64,000 nt of DNA from Octopus sinensis (GCF_006345805.1 NC_043004.1:20894001-20958000); one strand, 5' to 3'; shown: positions 11,711-25,699, counted from the stretch's first letter. Notes: a model not told the origin generated them from the letters alone. Numbers and translations: made by a program.

Positions 11711-12882
11711 TTCTTATTACATATTGAATCAAAAAATGTCTGAACCATTTTGTTGCATTTCAAATAACTCATTTTATTTTTTCCCCTCCCCTTGATCCTT
11801 CTCCTTGACTTTAATATATTGATGAATGTCTTAATAGCACACCTGGTACATTCAATAATGGAATTATTTAAAATGGAAAAAAAATTCTACTTTTATATTG
11901 TAATTATCTGAATATGACTAGTATTTTACTCAAATTGTTGTCGTTGGCATTATCCACAATAATTACTAGACTCATAATATAAAGCAAACATTTTTAATTT
12001 CACAGCCATTATCATTATGAGTACTGAACAAAATATATTACTGTATATGTAATAAATCTGACAATGAATGGAAATAATCAATTAAGCAAAATGTTTTGAA
12101 ACCATTAATTTATCCAATATAAAGTGTAGAGAAAAAGCTACTGTTGTGCTCTGGTGGAATCTATCTTGTCCATGTCTGCTGTGGCTAGCATCTGTATCTG
12201 TAGGTTCAAATGTTAACCTGTTCAGCATAGTCTTCAGACAGGTATGGTATATCTAGAGCCAGTACTTTGTCAGTGCCATCCAGTGGTTTGATAAAGTTTC
12301 ATCAGAACTCAGCTGGCACTCAAAACAATAACAAACATTCTACAGTTGATAGCAGAGACCTATAAATACCATTGTAGAAATCTTGTTTCAAATGGTTGAT
12401 ACTTTTCTATGTATCAACCATTTTTCTATGTATCAAAATTTTTCTATGTATTTTTTAAAAATGCTTTGTAGGAAAGACCTACTTCTTTGAATTCTAAAAT
12501 ATTGACTTATGCAAAATTTACTTAAGCTTTTAGTAACTTTTGGAAATGCATCCTGTCTCCTTCTCCTTTGTATAATATTGGACATAAATCAAGCATCCTA
12601 AGCCCAGCTTCCTACAGCTGGTCTCTTAACCCCTGTCTAACCTTGCATAGCTGATTTCTTAATCTTGTGTTTTAACTTTGTATCTAACCTCAAATGATTT
12701 CTTTCTTAATGAAAAATCTAACATTGAATCCAGCATTATGTTGATATTATTAAACTACAGTCAAATTTCATATTGCTGGTCTCTCAAAGGTGAGTAACTT
12801 TGAGTTACTCATATAGTTAGTTCTTTAACGTTGACATAACTCTCTTTAAGTTGAATATAATCTTAAGTCTAGCCTTATGTCG

Positions 12883-14440
12883 ATCATCATCATCATCGTC
12901 GTCATCATTTAACAGCTACTTTCCATGCTTGCATGGACTGATTGACCTGATAAGAAATGACAAGGCCAGTAGCTGCACCTCATTCCCGTTCACTTGGTTT
13001 CTACAGCTGGATGCCCTTTCTAACACCAACCACTTTACAGAGTATACTAGGTGCTTTTTATGTGACATTATTACTAATGCTTTTTACGTGGCACCTTCAC
13101 CAGTGCTTTTTATGTGGCAACAGCATGATTGCATTTTACATGGCACCAGTACCATCACCAACACATTTTTCATGGCACATTGGTTTTAGGAATTCAATTG
13201 CGTTGAGGTAGGCAGATCTTCTTGAGTACTGCAGTATGTCATATAACTTGGTTCTCTGTCATCTCCTTCGTAAGACTCAGCATTTTTGAGATCAGCCTTC
13301 AATACTTTGTCCCATGTATTCTTGGGTCTCCCTCTTTCACAACTTTCCACTTATTTTAAGAGGGAGATTATTTAAATCAGCTCCTCTTTATGCAACTGTC
13401 CATATCACATGACCAAATCAGCACAGTGTCCTCTCTTGCACATTGCATATAATTCTTCTTATGCTTAAATTTTCTGTCAATACAATAGTGCTCTGTTGCA
13501 CATGTACACTGATATTGCACATCCTGTGAAGCATACCAGCTTCATTCCTCTCTAGTCTTTGTACATCCTCTACATTCAGAACCACTTCTCACTACCGTGT
13601 AGCATTGCAGTTCATACACATGCATCATACAATCTTCCTTTTACTTAAAGAGAGAGACCTTTGGTTGCCAACAGGGATAAAAACCCATCCTATTCACATT
13701 CCAGTATTTACACTTTATGTATACCCTCCTCTGCTGCTAATTAGGTCGTCTAGGCACCAAAACCTACCTACAATTTCCAGAGAGCTTTTGGGATATTTGA
13801 AGAAATCAGTTCCCATGTATCTGTGGTCTCTATGAATCTTGTACATCTTCCACATTCAAACACTACTTTCTCTGTGTGTCCATAGCTTGCACTGGGTACA
13901 CTAAATGGAATTTCAGCCAACACACTCTTCTTACATATTGAGTAGAGGCATTTATCTGAAGGGTGAAGGGTCCTGTCTGATTTCTTACTAACTAGGACCT
14001 TGTCTTTGTTAGGTTAACTTTAAAACACTTTGGTTCCTTGTTCTGGTGCCTCACCTGGATTTTTACATTTTCTAATTCTACTGAGAGGGCCAGATCCCCA
14101 TCAAAATTTCCATGGGCTTTCAACCTTAAATTCCTTTGTTATTGCTTTGAAGACGATAATGAAAAGCAGGTAGCTGAGGACCTAGCCTTGGTGAACACTT
14201 ACCTGTACACTAAATTCATCACTGTACCCATGGCTAACTTTTACCTTACTAACAGCAACCTTGTACTTGGCTTGTACTGCATTTCATCTAGTCTAATTCT
14301 CTTCCTAATTAATTGGGCTATCACTCTCTCCACAACTTTCATCACCTGGTCCAGCAATTTGATACTTCTGTAATTATTTTTATCTGAGTTTAGCCTCATA
14401 GAACTGGAGTCTGAATGTTCAATATAATTCTGCACTTAGT
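12883..14440 (-). mobile_element. 5'-truncated RTE-clade LINE (decayed)
   Basis: RT remnants YRSIKLLDQVMKVVERVIAQLIR..LDEMQY and EFSVQVSVHQG; ORF-end remnant ERGRPKNTWDKVLKADL; 3' UTR with (CAT)n tail at 12883. Confidence 0.85.
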
Positions 14441-15952
14441 TTTGTATGGCTGCGTTCTTAAATTTGCTATCAACTTAATAATTTTTATATTCCCATTTTA
14501 TACTGAAATCTTATCCTTAATGTGCTGTGGTTCCCAAATTATGCTGATAAGCATAGAGTGAGATCTGAGTATGGTATTCAATCATATAGGATGATGATGC
14601 AAGATAAAGACTTTTAACTAACCTGTATTTCATTCTTTCTTTCTTTCTTTCTATCTTTCTTTCTTTATATATATTTATCTCCCTTTTGTTTTATACCATA
14701 ATTACACATCTGTCCAATATATGCTATGTTTAGATAAAAAGAAAAGTAGAAAAGCAATCTTAAAACATCAATGATTCATGAATCCGGCAACACTGCATGC
14801 TGCTATGAATAGGTTAATATCTTTCCAAACTATAGAATCTGGTAAAACCACACAAAACTAATCACACAGCTAATTCTAAAATCAGTTAACCTAATCCTTT
14901 GGCTATCTATTTCTTCATAGCCTTTATCAATATTCCTGTTGGAACTCCAGCTAATATTTAGTTATAATTCTCTTTTTAATTAACTTTTTAATAAACAGCA
15001 TACAATGTCATGTAGTACATTTAATTACTCAGTTCTCAGTTCATCCTATTGTAGATGATTCAAAATATGAGGAATAATACATTTTATTATTTCAATATAG
15101 CCATATTTCAATACATTCATTGTAGATTCTGAAGCTCCTGGCATTTCTATTAAGGTTGTAAAGGTCAAAGCTTAGAATATGAAATGCTGTAAATATCCCT
15201 TCAACTTCTACTTCAATGGAAATTCTTAATATTTTAATATTTTACTTCTAGAGATGAAAAAAAAGCAACAATGTAGAAAAGCCAATATCATAGAACTATG
15301 GCAAACAATTAACAAGAGCCAGATAATATGTCATATAATCACTATGGCAATCATCCTGGTCATCGCTGTTGTCTTCGCATTGTGTCACCATTGCTATCAC
15401 TGCAGCAGCTGCTTTTACTGTTTTTCACAATTCCATTAAACAGTTCAACATAAGGCATAAGAGCATTATGTGAAGTATAAATAAGATGGTTGAGAATAAA
15501 ATGAAAATAAACACTCGTGGAGCTTGTTAGCCATGGTGATGGTGGTGGGGGGCAACCCATTTAGGGGAACGAAAATTCTGATTCCAAACCTTTATTGCCT
15601 TGTAGCCATACCCAGCCATGGAAAAGGCTTTGGGATTAAGCTCTGAGAAAAAAATTGCAAGTCAAAAGCTCTGGAAAAGAGTTCGATGTTGTCAACAACC
15701 ACATTCTAGAGAACTGCTGCAATGACGCTGGTATTTATTATTTAAATATACATATGGAAGTAGCAACCAACATCTATATCCTCTAGAAAAAGATGAGTTG
15801 TGAACATTGTTCTTCTGCCAATATTCTTCTAACTAATTTTACTCTTTATTCTTCTATTTTACTACTTTATTTTTCTAGTTTCTTCCTTCTAAACTGTGAA
15901 TTTTATTTCTTCTAAACCGTAAATTTTTCCCCATCTAAAATACTCCTACTGT

Positions 15953-16028
15953 GTCTCTGATGACGGAATACCAAGTATACAGACATGCTAACCAACCATT
16001 TGGGTTATCCCAGAAATAGCTGTAAGAC
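15953..16028 (+). ncRNA. Hammerhead ribozyme-like motif (family B/D) at the start of a ~300-bp Penelope-like terminal repeat
   Basis: GUCU-CUGAUGA-long imperfect helix II-GAAAU-AGCU-GUA-AGAC. The downstream 16030-16255 is homologous to the reverse complement of 36240-36455. Confidence 0.5.
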
Positions 16029-16589
16029 TTCAAATTCACCTTAGCCTAATTAAATTATTCTAAATGACTTGAGATACTCATTCTACCTTGGTTTTGATTT
16101 TTCTCTCTAATACAATATATACATGCTATAACGGAACCCTAACATGGATCCCTAGATCCCGCCTTAGCTATGATCTTGGAACCTAATGGTCAACCAACTA
16201 TAGTGCTTACCCAGTGCACTTATTCATTTAGATCACAAGTGAACTAAACCCCTCATATTCTTTCTCTCTCTTTCTTTCTATATATATATATATACACCAT
16301 ATAGGCATACACACATACATATGATGATGATGGCAGGCCTTTATATCTGAAGATCATGATGCAGAATGGTAGGCTATGCACAGTTGGTATTGGTGCACTT
16401 AGGAAAAATATGTAGGCTTTGGTCAGATGGTTGTTGCGATGATGACTTGCCTTCTTTGGTATCTATCATCCACTGCAGAGGCTCCAGTCATTTTAGAATT
16501 ACTCGCTAATCTTGCCACACACCCATTTGTGCTGCAATTTTCTGTGAGTTCTATCTCTGCTCAAGTGAGCTGGCATTTCAACTGGTCTG

Positions 16590-17857
16590 TTTCAGAAATA
16601 TGGCCAGTTTTGAGAGAGGGAAATTCAAAACGGCCCCAATGTCTTCTGCTATATATTTGCAGATGTTGCACTTTACCTAAGCAGCAAACAAAATCACAGA
16701 TTTTCTGAAGAAAGCCTACCTTACTTACTTTGGCATGAAACTGGGTGATAAAGACAAAGCCTGTGCATCCCATATAGTGTAGAAAACATGTTGAAACTCT
16801 GAGACAGTTAATGTTTCAAAAACTTAAGCAGAAAGTTTTCAGTTTTGTCTTGTGAGAAGATTAAGGTTGGTATGTTTGACAGGCCACAGATTAGGTGACT
16901 ATTGTAGGATGAGCAGTTTTTGGAGACCATGTCAGGCTTTGTAAAAGAAGCATGCAATGCTTTTGCTGTAGATGTGTCTGATTTGTTATGTCAAATTATC
17001 ATGAACTTGTTCAGACCCTGTTAACCTATATTTGAGCACTGGGCTACAACATGAGTGTAAAAATACATTTCCTGCACAGTCATCTGGACTACTTCCTTGA
17101 AAATCATAATGCAATAAGGGATGAGCAATGAGACAGATTTCACCAAGACATTGAGAACATGGAGACTAGATATCAAAGCAAGGGTAGTACAAGCATGATG
17201 GCTGACTACTGCTGGTCTCTGCAAAGAGACTATCATGGTGCAAGTCATTCATGCAATGCAGCAAAGAAAAAATTCACTCTTTCTGTTGCTGAAACTCCAG
17301 TTCAATAGAAATAGCCACCCTACGATGTGTAATTAAACATTTTGTGTAATATATCTGTTAAACAATAAAAAGTACTTATTTGTTTTGTGTTAGTTTCTTA
17401 TTTCAGTATTGCATTTAAAAAAAAATTTTTTTTATCTAGTTTCAGCTCACAAGCTGTGGCCATGCTGGGGCACCACCATTTAATGACAAAATTGACCTTT
17501 TTTGGTAAAAAATTAATTCATGCTTAACAAAAACTTGATCTGACTTTGGCGGGCATTTCTGAAACCAGCAACAGAAAGTGAAGTAGGAGTAATTGTAAAA
17601 AGCAAGATAACTAAAAAATATTTTCAAAAATGTTCCCCAGTGTTATCAATAAAATATTAAAAGCTAACCAGCCCAATTAATTATGGTCAAACAATACAAT
17701 TGTGCTTATTCAGAGAGTAAATTATCAAAAAAGAAGAAAAAATATTATGTGATAGAAGAAAACTGAGTGTAGTTTTTAAATCAACATGCCAAATTTAGTT
17801 TAAATCAAGCAAAAAAGTATACTAAACAGAAATTGTGTTCAAAATTGTTCCCCTGTG
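16590..17857 (+). mobile_element. Chapaev3-like (CMC) DNA transposon remnant, internally deleted
   Basis: N-terminal NVFCYI...KITDFLKKAYLTYFGMKLGDKDKACASHIV*KTC and C-terminal MSVKIHFLHSHLDYF...DEQ*DRFHQDIENMETRYQ...MMADYCWSLQRD. Terminus-like tgttccccagtg (17641) and tgttcccctgtg (17857). Superfamily assignment is from recalled motifs. Confidence 0.6.
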
Positions 17858-18234
17858 TAATAGAAGTATAGAACATACCAACCAGTTCACCCTTAACAAT
17901 GTTGCATAATCACATATGCCACAAGATATCTAAATTTCAATGAGATTTGAAGAAACATTTCAAAGTTTATCAAAATCATAACAACAAGTAGTTCAAACTG
18001 CACAAAAACTAGCGTGCAATTTATGTGGGCATCTTTTTAAAACCATATCTAGTCTGAAAAGCCTCATAAGGTCTCATGTGAGAATTGAGCCTTGTGTACA
18101 CTGACTTAGTCAAGCTTTGTATTGTGAAGAAAAGTTTCATATATATGTACACACAAACACACCATTGCCACCACCACCGCTGCCGCTACCACCACCACCA
18201 CCACCACTACCACTACCACCACCACCATTACTAC

Positions 18235-18835
18235 CATCATCATCATCAACATTTGATTTCTGCTTTCTATTCCGGTTAAATGGTTTGACAGGAATTGGCA
18301 TGGCCAGGGACTGCACCATGTTCCATAATCTGTTTTTTGCTTGGTTTCTATAGCTGGATGCCCTTCTTAATGCCAACCACTTTACAAAGTGCACTAGATG
18401 CTTTCTATATGGCACCATCATCAGTGCTTTTTACATGGCACCAGCACCAGTGCTTTTTAAGTGACTCTAGCACTGGTGCTTTTATGTGGTAGCTTGGGTT
18501 TTGGATACCCATTCTCTTGTGGTGGGAAGGTCTTCTTGATTACAGCAATGTGCAACTTGTCTCAGTCCTTTGTCATCTCTTTCACAAGGCCCAGCATTTT
18601 GCGATCAGCCTTCAATATTTTATCCCTTTTCCAAAACTTCTCTCCACTTTGAGTGATTGACACTTGTTTATGTAGCTCTCTTCATCTATCCACATCATGT
18701 AACCAAAACCAGCTCAGTCTTTTGTCTTGCATGCTAGTTCTCTGTCATACAGGTAAAGTACACTGACATTGCACATCTAGTGGAGCATACCAGCTTCGTT
18801 CCTCTCTCGCCTTTGCATGTGCTCTTCATTCAGGC
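18235..18835 (-). mobile_element. RTE-LINE 3' fragment
   Basis: Homologous to 12883-13600; ends in a (CAC/CAT)n tract at 18160-18245. Confidence 0.75.
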
Positions 18836-18944
18836 CTCATGTCTCACTACAAAGTAGCATTGCTGTTCATTCACATGAATTATAACTACACACCCAAGAA
18901 CAATTCACAGGTTGTATTATTGTCAAGTGTAATTATCTATCTAT

Positions 18945-19112
18945 CTATCTATATACACACATACACACATACATACATACACACACATACATTCATACAT
19001 ACATACACACACATACATACACACATACACACACATACATTCATACATACACACACATACATAAACACACATACATACATACATACATACATACATACAT
19101 ACATACATACAT

Positions 19113-19143
<31 letters not shown>

Positions 19144-19195
19144 TACACACATACACACATACATACATACATACATACATACATACATACATACA

Positions 19196-19225
<30 letters not shown>
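18945..19225. repeat. (ACAT)n/(AC)n microsatellite
   Basis: Direct; explains the MYVC/YIHT ORFs. Confidence 0.95.
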
Positions 19226-19227
<2 letters not shown>

Positions 19228-20082
19228 GCGGTGGTGGTGAGGAGAGGTAATAAGATTCCTTTATGAAAATTTCTTAGGAAGAATTGAAAATTTCTGACAG
19301 AAATTGAAAGTACTTGTAGGAGTGATAAATATATATTACATCCATAATATCACATGAGACAGAGAGGGGGAATTAGAAATATTTGACAGGAACTGAAAGA
19401 TAAATCTATAATTTCATAGAAATAAAGGGTGAGTTGAAAGTTGTACCTTCAAGAAAAAATAGATGGATCAATAGAAAGATCAATAGCTAGATAGGGATGC
19501 ACCCATAATATCTCAGAGAAAGGAGAGAATTCAAAACAGACAGACTGGGTGTGGGAATGCTACGGGGCTATAGGGAATCCAATACAATTATATAGTCACA
19601 TTTTTAGAGGCAGCGACATGTTGGAAAAGATGCAATAACAACAAAGTTGTAAAGGTGCGGAGGAAAGAAATAAATCAGTTTGCTTAGTTTGGTTTTTAGT
19701 TCCAATATGCCATTCAGGCCCCTCGAAGTTTAAATCATATATATATATATAAAGAGAGAGAGAGAGATCGTTATTATAAAAATATAAATCCAGAGAAGCA
19801 CACTCTAAGAAACAGCAGTCTATATTTTTATCTGGTGAAGGTCAGTTTATGGCGTTACCTTGGGTTTCCTGACCATAAAGGGTTCAACTTTATGGTGTGT
19901 TGTCAGACCCCAATACCTGATGCCGTAAGACCTCTTTAAAATATGGAAGGGAAAGAATCTCGATACAAAATGCAAAGGCAAACAAGGGGATTATCTCCTT
20001 TTGCTAGTAGCTCTTGACTTCCAGCCATGCCGCCATCAATTGGCTATGAGGGTGAACAATAGGGGATTATATCCTTCTACCA

Positions 20083-20430
20083 CTACTTATTAACTTCCAT
20101 TTCCCAAAAGGTCAACAGAAAATTCCTAAAATGCAAGCATGGCTTAAAAATCTCCATTCTGGAGTTAAGTATGGACTCTGGTTCTTGTGAGCCCTTTAGG
20201 ATCCTCATCTGTTTGGCTATACATAGTTTGTAGTGTTTCATACTGTTTATGCAGGGGCCTGGTCTTTCAGTGAGGATTTTCAGTGAGATCAAGTGTGGAA
20301 TTCTGTCATCCTTTAGTTGCCATACATGGCTGGTACCTCTTTCCAGGACCCGATAGGAGTATCTGTAGTTGGAAACACATGCCTTAAATGAATTTCCCAT
20401 AGAGCCAATGTATTTCCGTGGACATACGAT
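20083..20430 (-). mobile_element. Penelope-like element GIY-YIG endonuclease C-terminal fragment
   Basis: KYIGSMGNSFKACVSNYRYSYR...SHVWQLKD...LKIL...KLCIAKQMRILK...ILNSRMEIFKPCLHFRNFLL resembles the C-terminus of Penelope-type GIY-YIG ORFs. The upstream part of the 275-aa ORF is simple-repeat read-through. Confidence 0.8.
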
Positions 20431-20820
20431 GTCGGTGTTGTGTCTATTATTGTTGCCATTGGTACTGTTGCTGCTGTTGTTGTTGTAATTGTGGCTGTCC
20501 ATGTCATTGTTGTTACCAGTGTTGTTGTTGTTGCTGCTGTTGTTGATGCTGAAGATAACGGAGCTGGGGCTGCTGATGTTTGTGCCACTGGTGGTGGTGG
20601 TGGCATTAGTGACATTGGTAATGCTACACATAGTAACTCTATAAACTGGACTTCCCCAGATGAAGCTGTGGCCATGCTGGGGCATTGCCAGTAAGCCAAG
20701 GCTCCAGGGGGACATATGTGTATATATATATATATTTTTGTTTTTAGACCACACATGCACAATATATATGCTTTGCCTGTGTGTTCGATGATGTTTACAA
20801 CACTTGTACTGCTTCTTATT

Positions 20821-21050
20821 CATATCATCATCATCGTTTAACATCCTCCTTCCATGCTGGCATGGGTTGGACAGTTTGACAGGAGCAGGCCAGGTAGGAG
20901 TCTGCCCCATGTTTCTGTGTCTATTTTGTAGAGTGGGCTGATTGCTTTTTATGTAGCACTGACACAGGTGAGGTCAGTTTTGACATGGTTTCTACAGCTG
21001 GATGTCCTTCCAAACACCAGCCACTTTACAAAGTGGACTGGATGCTTATT
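20821..21050 (-). mobile_element. RTE-LINE 3' UTR fragment
   Basis: catcatcatcgtttaacatcc...catgggttggacagtttgac motif. Confidence 0.7.
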
Positions 21051-21454
21051 AAATATATATGTATATATATTTTATATAAAATAACATAAAAAATGTAAAA
21101 TGAAATTTTTAAAAATATTTCAAACAAACACCATTTTCCTATATTACTTCATTTTTTAAAAACTACCATTCGATAAATTATACAAATTTCACATTTTATA
21201 TCTCTGAAGAGTAGAAGAGTTGTCTATAAATGCTTATCAATACAGGATTCCGTTATAGGGACAGCACTTCTGTGAAACGATTGTAAGATGCTTTAAAAAC
21301 GTAATTCGAAACTTTTAAAATGTCCTTATATATTTATACTTACGCATATTTACATATATTTATATATATTTATATTTTTAATACAACAATTATTTTACAC
21401 ACGTATATATCTTTCTGAAGAATTTTCTAATATTGATTTCCTGATATTAATAAT

Positions 21455-21467
21455 AATATATTATATA

Positions 21468-21545
<78 letters not shown>

Positions 21546-21546
21546 C

Positions 21547-21578
<32 letters not shown>

Positions 21579-21600
21579 GTATGCATATATATATATGCAT
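21455..21600. repeat. (AT)n microsatellite
   Basis: Direct. Confidence 0.95.
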
Positions 21601-21611
21601 ATGTGTGTGTA

Positions 21612-22250
21612 GGTGATGACAAGTGACCAAGGCTTCTAGTGAATTGCTGTGCTTTAGAAGATACATCAAGCTAAGTGAAACCATGGTTGACATTAAGAAT
21701 GGTATCCAGCTATAGAAACCCAGTTAAAACAGATGACTGGGGCCTAGTGCAGCACTCCAGCTTACCAGTTCTAAGCAATGGAATGTTCAGAAGAAGTAAA
21801 CTCAGGAAAACGTAAAATGAAGTGGTGAGAAAGGACCTTCAGATTTTGGGCCTCACAGAAGAAATGACAAGGGACTCTGACTTCTGCCTGCCAGCTGTGT
21901 TTGAGATGATACATCCAACTAAATAATATTGTGGACACCCATACATGCAGGCATGTCCTCTATATCTGTTTCTTGGCTGAGAAATCCTGGTTTTCAAGGC
22001 TTGTAGGTGTTGGTGCTATGAAAAACTACCTGTGCCTGTTAAACCACATGCTGGTGCTACTTTAAAAGCTTCTGGTATGCTCTGTAAAGTGGTTGGCAAT
22101 AGGGAGGGTAACCAGTCGTAGAAACCAAGTCAAAACAGAGAATGGTCAGCCATCCAGCTGACCAGCTCCTGTCAAACTATCTAACCTGTGCCAGCATGAA
22201 GAACAGACATCAAATGATGATGGTGATGACGATGATGATGATGATGGTGA
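21612..22250 (+). mobile_element. RTE-LINE 3' end fragments
   Basis: Two ORF-end remnants (MTSDQGF..AVL*KIHQAK; EVVRKDLQILGLTEEMTRD), a 3' UTR and a (GAT)n tail. Confidence 0.7.
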
Positions 22251-22849
22251 TCTACAGATAGGAGAGTTAATTGATTCTGCGAGATAAAAATTACTCATTG
22301 TTAGTGTGATAAAATAATCAAATATTGTGAAAGTTTCCATCAGCATTCCCTTAGAAATTCATTCCATTGTTGATTTGCCCTGTTGCACTCTTTTGTTTCC
22401 TACTCTAGCTCTTCAGTCAGAAGAGGATAAAGAACGCTGATCTAAATATATATATGTTTGTGTGTGTTTGTATATGAGTATATATGTGTATATTTTTGTA
22501 TTTCTGTGTTTGTATAAATGTGTACACCATCAAATCATTCAATGATTTTTCTTAGCTATATTTTTGCTCCAATTCATTCTTCATACAAATATCCCACGCA
22601 AGTGCTTTCTGTCAAACCAACCAATTCTGTTTAACCAATTCTATTTCTCACAGTATTCAATTTTTAACTAATTCCATTCCTTTTACTATTTTACATTCCT
22701 CACAATATTTCACATTCTACCATCTTGACTGATCAATCTGATTAAAGATATTTCAAGTGATATGTTAGAATAGACAGAATTTAGATCTTTCATTCTCTTT
22801 GTTTGCCACCAGACTATTTTCTTTTTTCCTTTAGTTTTTTCTTAGTTTC

Positions 22850-23760
22850 TATGTTTAATGGAAGGGGAAGAATCCATGACCCTTGCAGACACTCTGAAGC
22901 TAGCAAGATTAATGGTATTAAAGTTCTGATTAGAATGTTGCAGGTGAATACATGTAGGAAAGACATTAGCAAAGAGGAGATCTCTAAGGGTCAATATTTG
23001 GGGAAGAAAGGACTTAATATAATGGTTAGTGCAGGTTGAGAGTGGATGGATACAACAGGGATGATGAGAGGAAGAGGCACTATTGGGCCAGGAATATCTG
23101 AGTGGGGGAGGAGTAGAGACCAATACTGTAGTGATATAAAAGAAAAGAGAGAAGACTGCACATCAGTGGGTCAGAGACTGGAATTTGTCATTTAGTGAGT
23201 GAATCCCAATCAGTCAGGTGTCTCTTCTCTGGGTGTGGTCTAGGAGTCAGTATGTGCAGCAGCAGCACTGTGCCAGTTGTGGGCACAGTGCTCCACTGTG
23301 GGCCTCACTTGAGACTTGTAGAGTGTTACTAGCTTTTAGCAGTTGAAATATTTTCTAATGAGACATGCTGGTCTTTCCACATGAGCATCTAAAGCTGACA
23401 ACTCCACATAACTTGATATTTATTTCCTAAAAATCCACATATTGGTCTCAGTCAAGAAGTTATGCTAACACTATAAATTTACTGATGAAAGTTCATAAGA
23501 TTGAAATACATCCACACTTACCATCATAGTCCTCTTACCTTTTACTTTCTTACTGTATTCCAGACCGGTCTGGCAAACCACACCATACTTTCTTCGAAGG
23601 TAATATTTTGAGCACATCCTCTTAGTTTTCAATTTGTATTCTATATAGCCAACATTTATTGTCAGCTGATCATTTCAGTCTTTGTATAAAATGAATTTGG
23701 TTGGGAATTCTTAGTATTTTCCTTGTATGAAGACAATGTTCAGGAACTTGTTGCAAAGCT
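22850..23760 (-). mobile_element. CR1/Jockey-type LINE 3' fragment (old)
   Basis: Minus-strand remnants LVTLYKSQVRPTVEHCA and SSHHPCCIHPLSTCTNHYIKSFLPQ...VFPTCIHLQ, typical of the C-terminus of these RT ORFs. Confidence 0.7.
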
Positions 23761-24939
23761 TTTAGTGTAATTTATTCTCTCTATGGTTTATGTTTCTTGT
23801 TTTAAGAAGTCAGGTAGCTATATATACTCTTCCTAGTGAACTGGTATATTTCTTTTTTATTTCAAGGTTGTATCAAGTAGGATATTTTCATTATTCCTCA
23901 GAGTAAAACTCTGTCAGTTTTAATTTCATACCTCTCCTAAAGTTCATTCACTGTTAGCCTATGTGTGTGTGTGCATGCATGTGTATATGTGTATATGTCT
24001 GTCTGTATGTATATGTATTTTATGTATATGTTAGTGTTCATGTGTGTTTGCGTGTATGTAAGTGTGTATATGTTCATATGTGTGAATGTATGTTTGTGAG
24101 TATGTGTGTCCAGGTGTATATAAACCTATGTATATGAATGTATTCATGCTTAGCTGGAAGAAATGTACATATGGCTTTCTGTATGTATTTGTTTCTGTAT
24201 GTTTGTATGTGTGTGTGTGTGTTTCTGTGTATGGTTGTGCATATATATGTATGTGCGTGTATTTATTACATTTGAATAATTCTGCAGAAATATAGGAATC
24301 AAGAAAACAATAATTGAATTTCAACTTTATATTCTAATGATAAATTATATTTTAATGGTACATTTATCATTATCATTGCTATTCTTCCTCCATCACCACC
24401 ACCACCACCGACGATGACAACAACAACAACAACAACAACACAACTCACTGCTATCATCATCATGACTGGTCGGTCATTCTGAGTTGGCATTATTTTGAAT
24501 TTCTAATAATTTGAGTAGCTATAATTAAGACATTTGCTGTTCTAAAAGTTTGTCTTAGCTGAGTTCAAGGATAATGGCTTTGTTGCCAGACGATGCAATT
24601 AATTTCGATTAGCCTGGAACCACTCTAAGGCCAATTCTATTGCTGTTCTATATACACTAACTTTACAGTTTCAAAACTGACAAGAAAATTCTATGAAGTA
24701 TGCAAACCAATATTTCAATAATAAGCACAAGCTTCTATTCTATACAACATCATTTCTATTCTCTAACTAAACTAATATCATCATATCTCACTTCCTTTCC
24801 CTGTCTCACTCTCTCTTACACACACATACCACACACCATACACACATATGCACACACACACATGCACATAGATATTTACATACAGGGGTTGGACAAAATA
24901 ATGGAAAGATCTTAAAATTGTAAAGTTGGAACAAAGAAA

Positions 24940-25618
24940 TTTCAGTTAAACTCAGGAAGTCTGCAATAGAGACATTTAAGAATGATTTGATAAGCTTATG
25001 GCAACAAGGCAATGGGTCCTTAACAATGTCTTGAGTGGCATGGGCACTTCAAAAGTGGGAGAACGTCCCTGAAAGGCAATGACTAATCTGGAAGATCTGC
25101 TACAAGTGCCAGCTTTGAAAAAAATGGAGAAAATTCATCAGCTTGAGTATGAGGATCAATGGAGGATAATCAATGGCTTTTTGAAGCATTTGACAGAGGA
25201 TATTTGGCAAAATCCACTGTATCAGTGGAGCATGAAGAATTGGATTCTTCATAACAACAATGCACCCTGTCATTGAGCTCTCCTCATGCTTGATTTTCTC
25301 ACCAAATACAACATGGTATTACTTCCACACCTGCCCTATTCACCAGATTTGGCACTTGTGGGCTTCCATCTCTTCCCCAAGATAAAAATGCAGCTCAAAG
25401 GTCACCATTTTCGAGATCAAGAGCAAATTGCAGAAGGTCCTCAACTTATTTATAGAAAATGACTTCCAGGCCAGATCCCCAAAATGACAGGAACGCTGGG
25501 ACCAGTGCAATGCTGCACATGGTAACTGTTTCAAAAGAGATGATGTTAAAACTTAGGTAAATAAGTTATTTTTTTATTAAATATAAATAGTCCAGGAACT
25601 TTTTGATACAACCTTATG
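24940..25618 (+). mobile_element. Mariner (irritans-like), internally deleted
   Basis: KSAIETF...AYGNKAMG...EWHGHFKSGRTSL, then WILHNNNAPCH...LPYSPDLALVGFHLFPKIK; right TIR ggaacttttttgatacaacctta. Confidence 0.8.
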
Positions 25619-25699
25619 CATATGAAGCAAGGCCATATCCCTGAAAGAATCAGCAATTTGTCTGTTTTCCTACTTACTAGGACTTTGGTCTTTGCTCAA

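Noticed and set aside
12180-12360. Exon-like segment (NVCYCFECQLSSDETLSNHWMALTK)
   Set aside because: Phase-compatible with 10241, but the donor is poor (GTACTG) and alternative readings are equally plausible.
19775-19880. Hammerhead-like remnants beside the Penelope fragment (gaaacagcagtc; ctggtga-aggtcag...ctgacc)
   Set aside because: Each half lacks part of the core; too degenerate to call.
23515-23680. Minus-strand GTAAGT donor with an upstream open frame
   Set aside because: Falls inside the CR1/Jockey-type LINE remnant.
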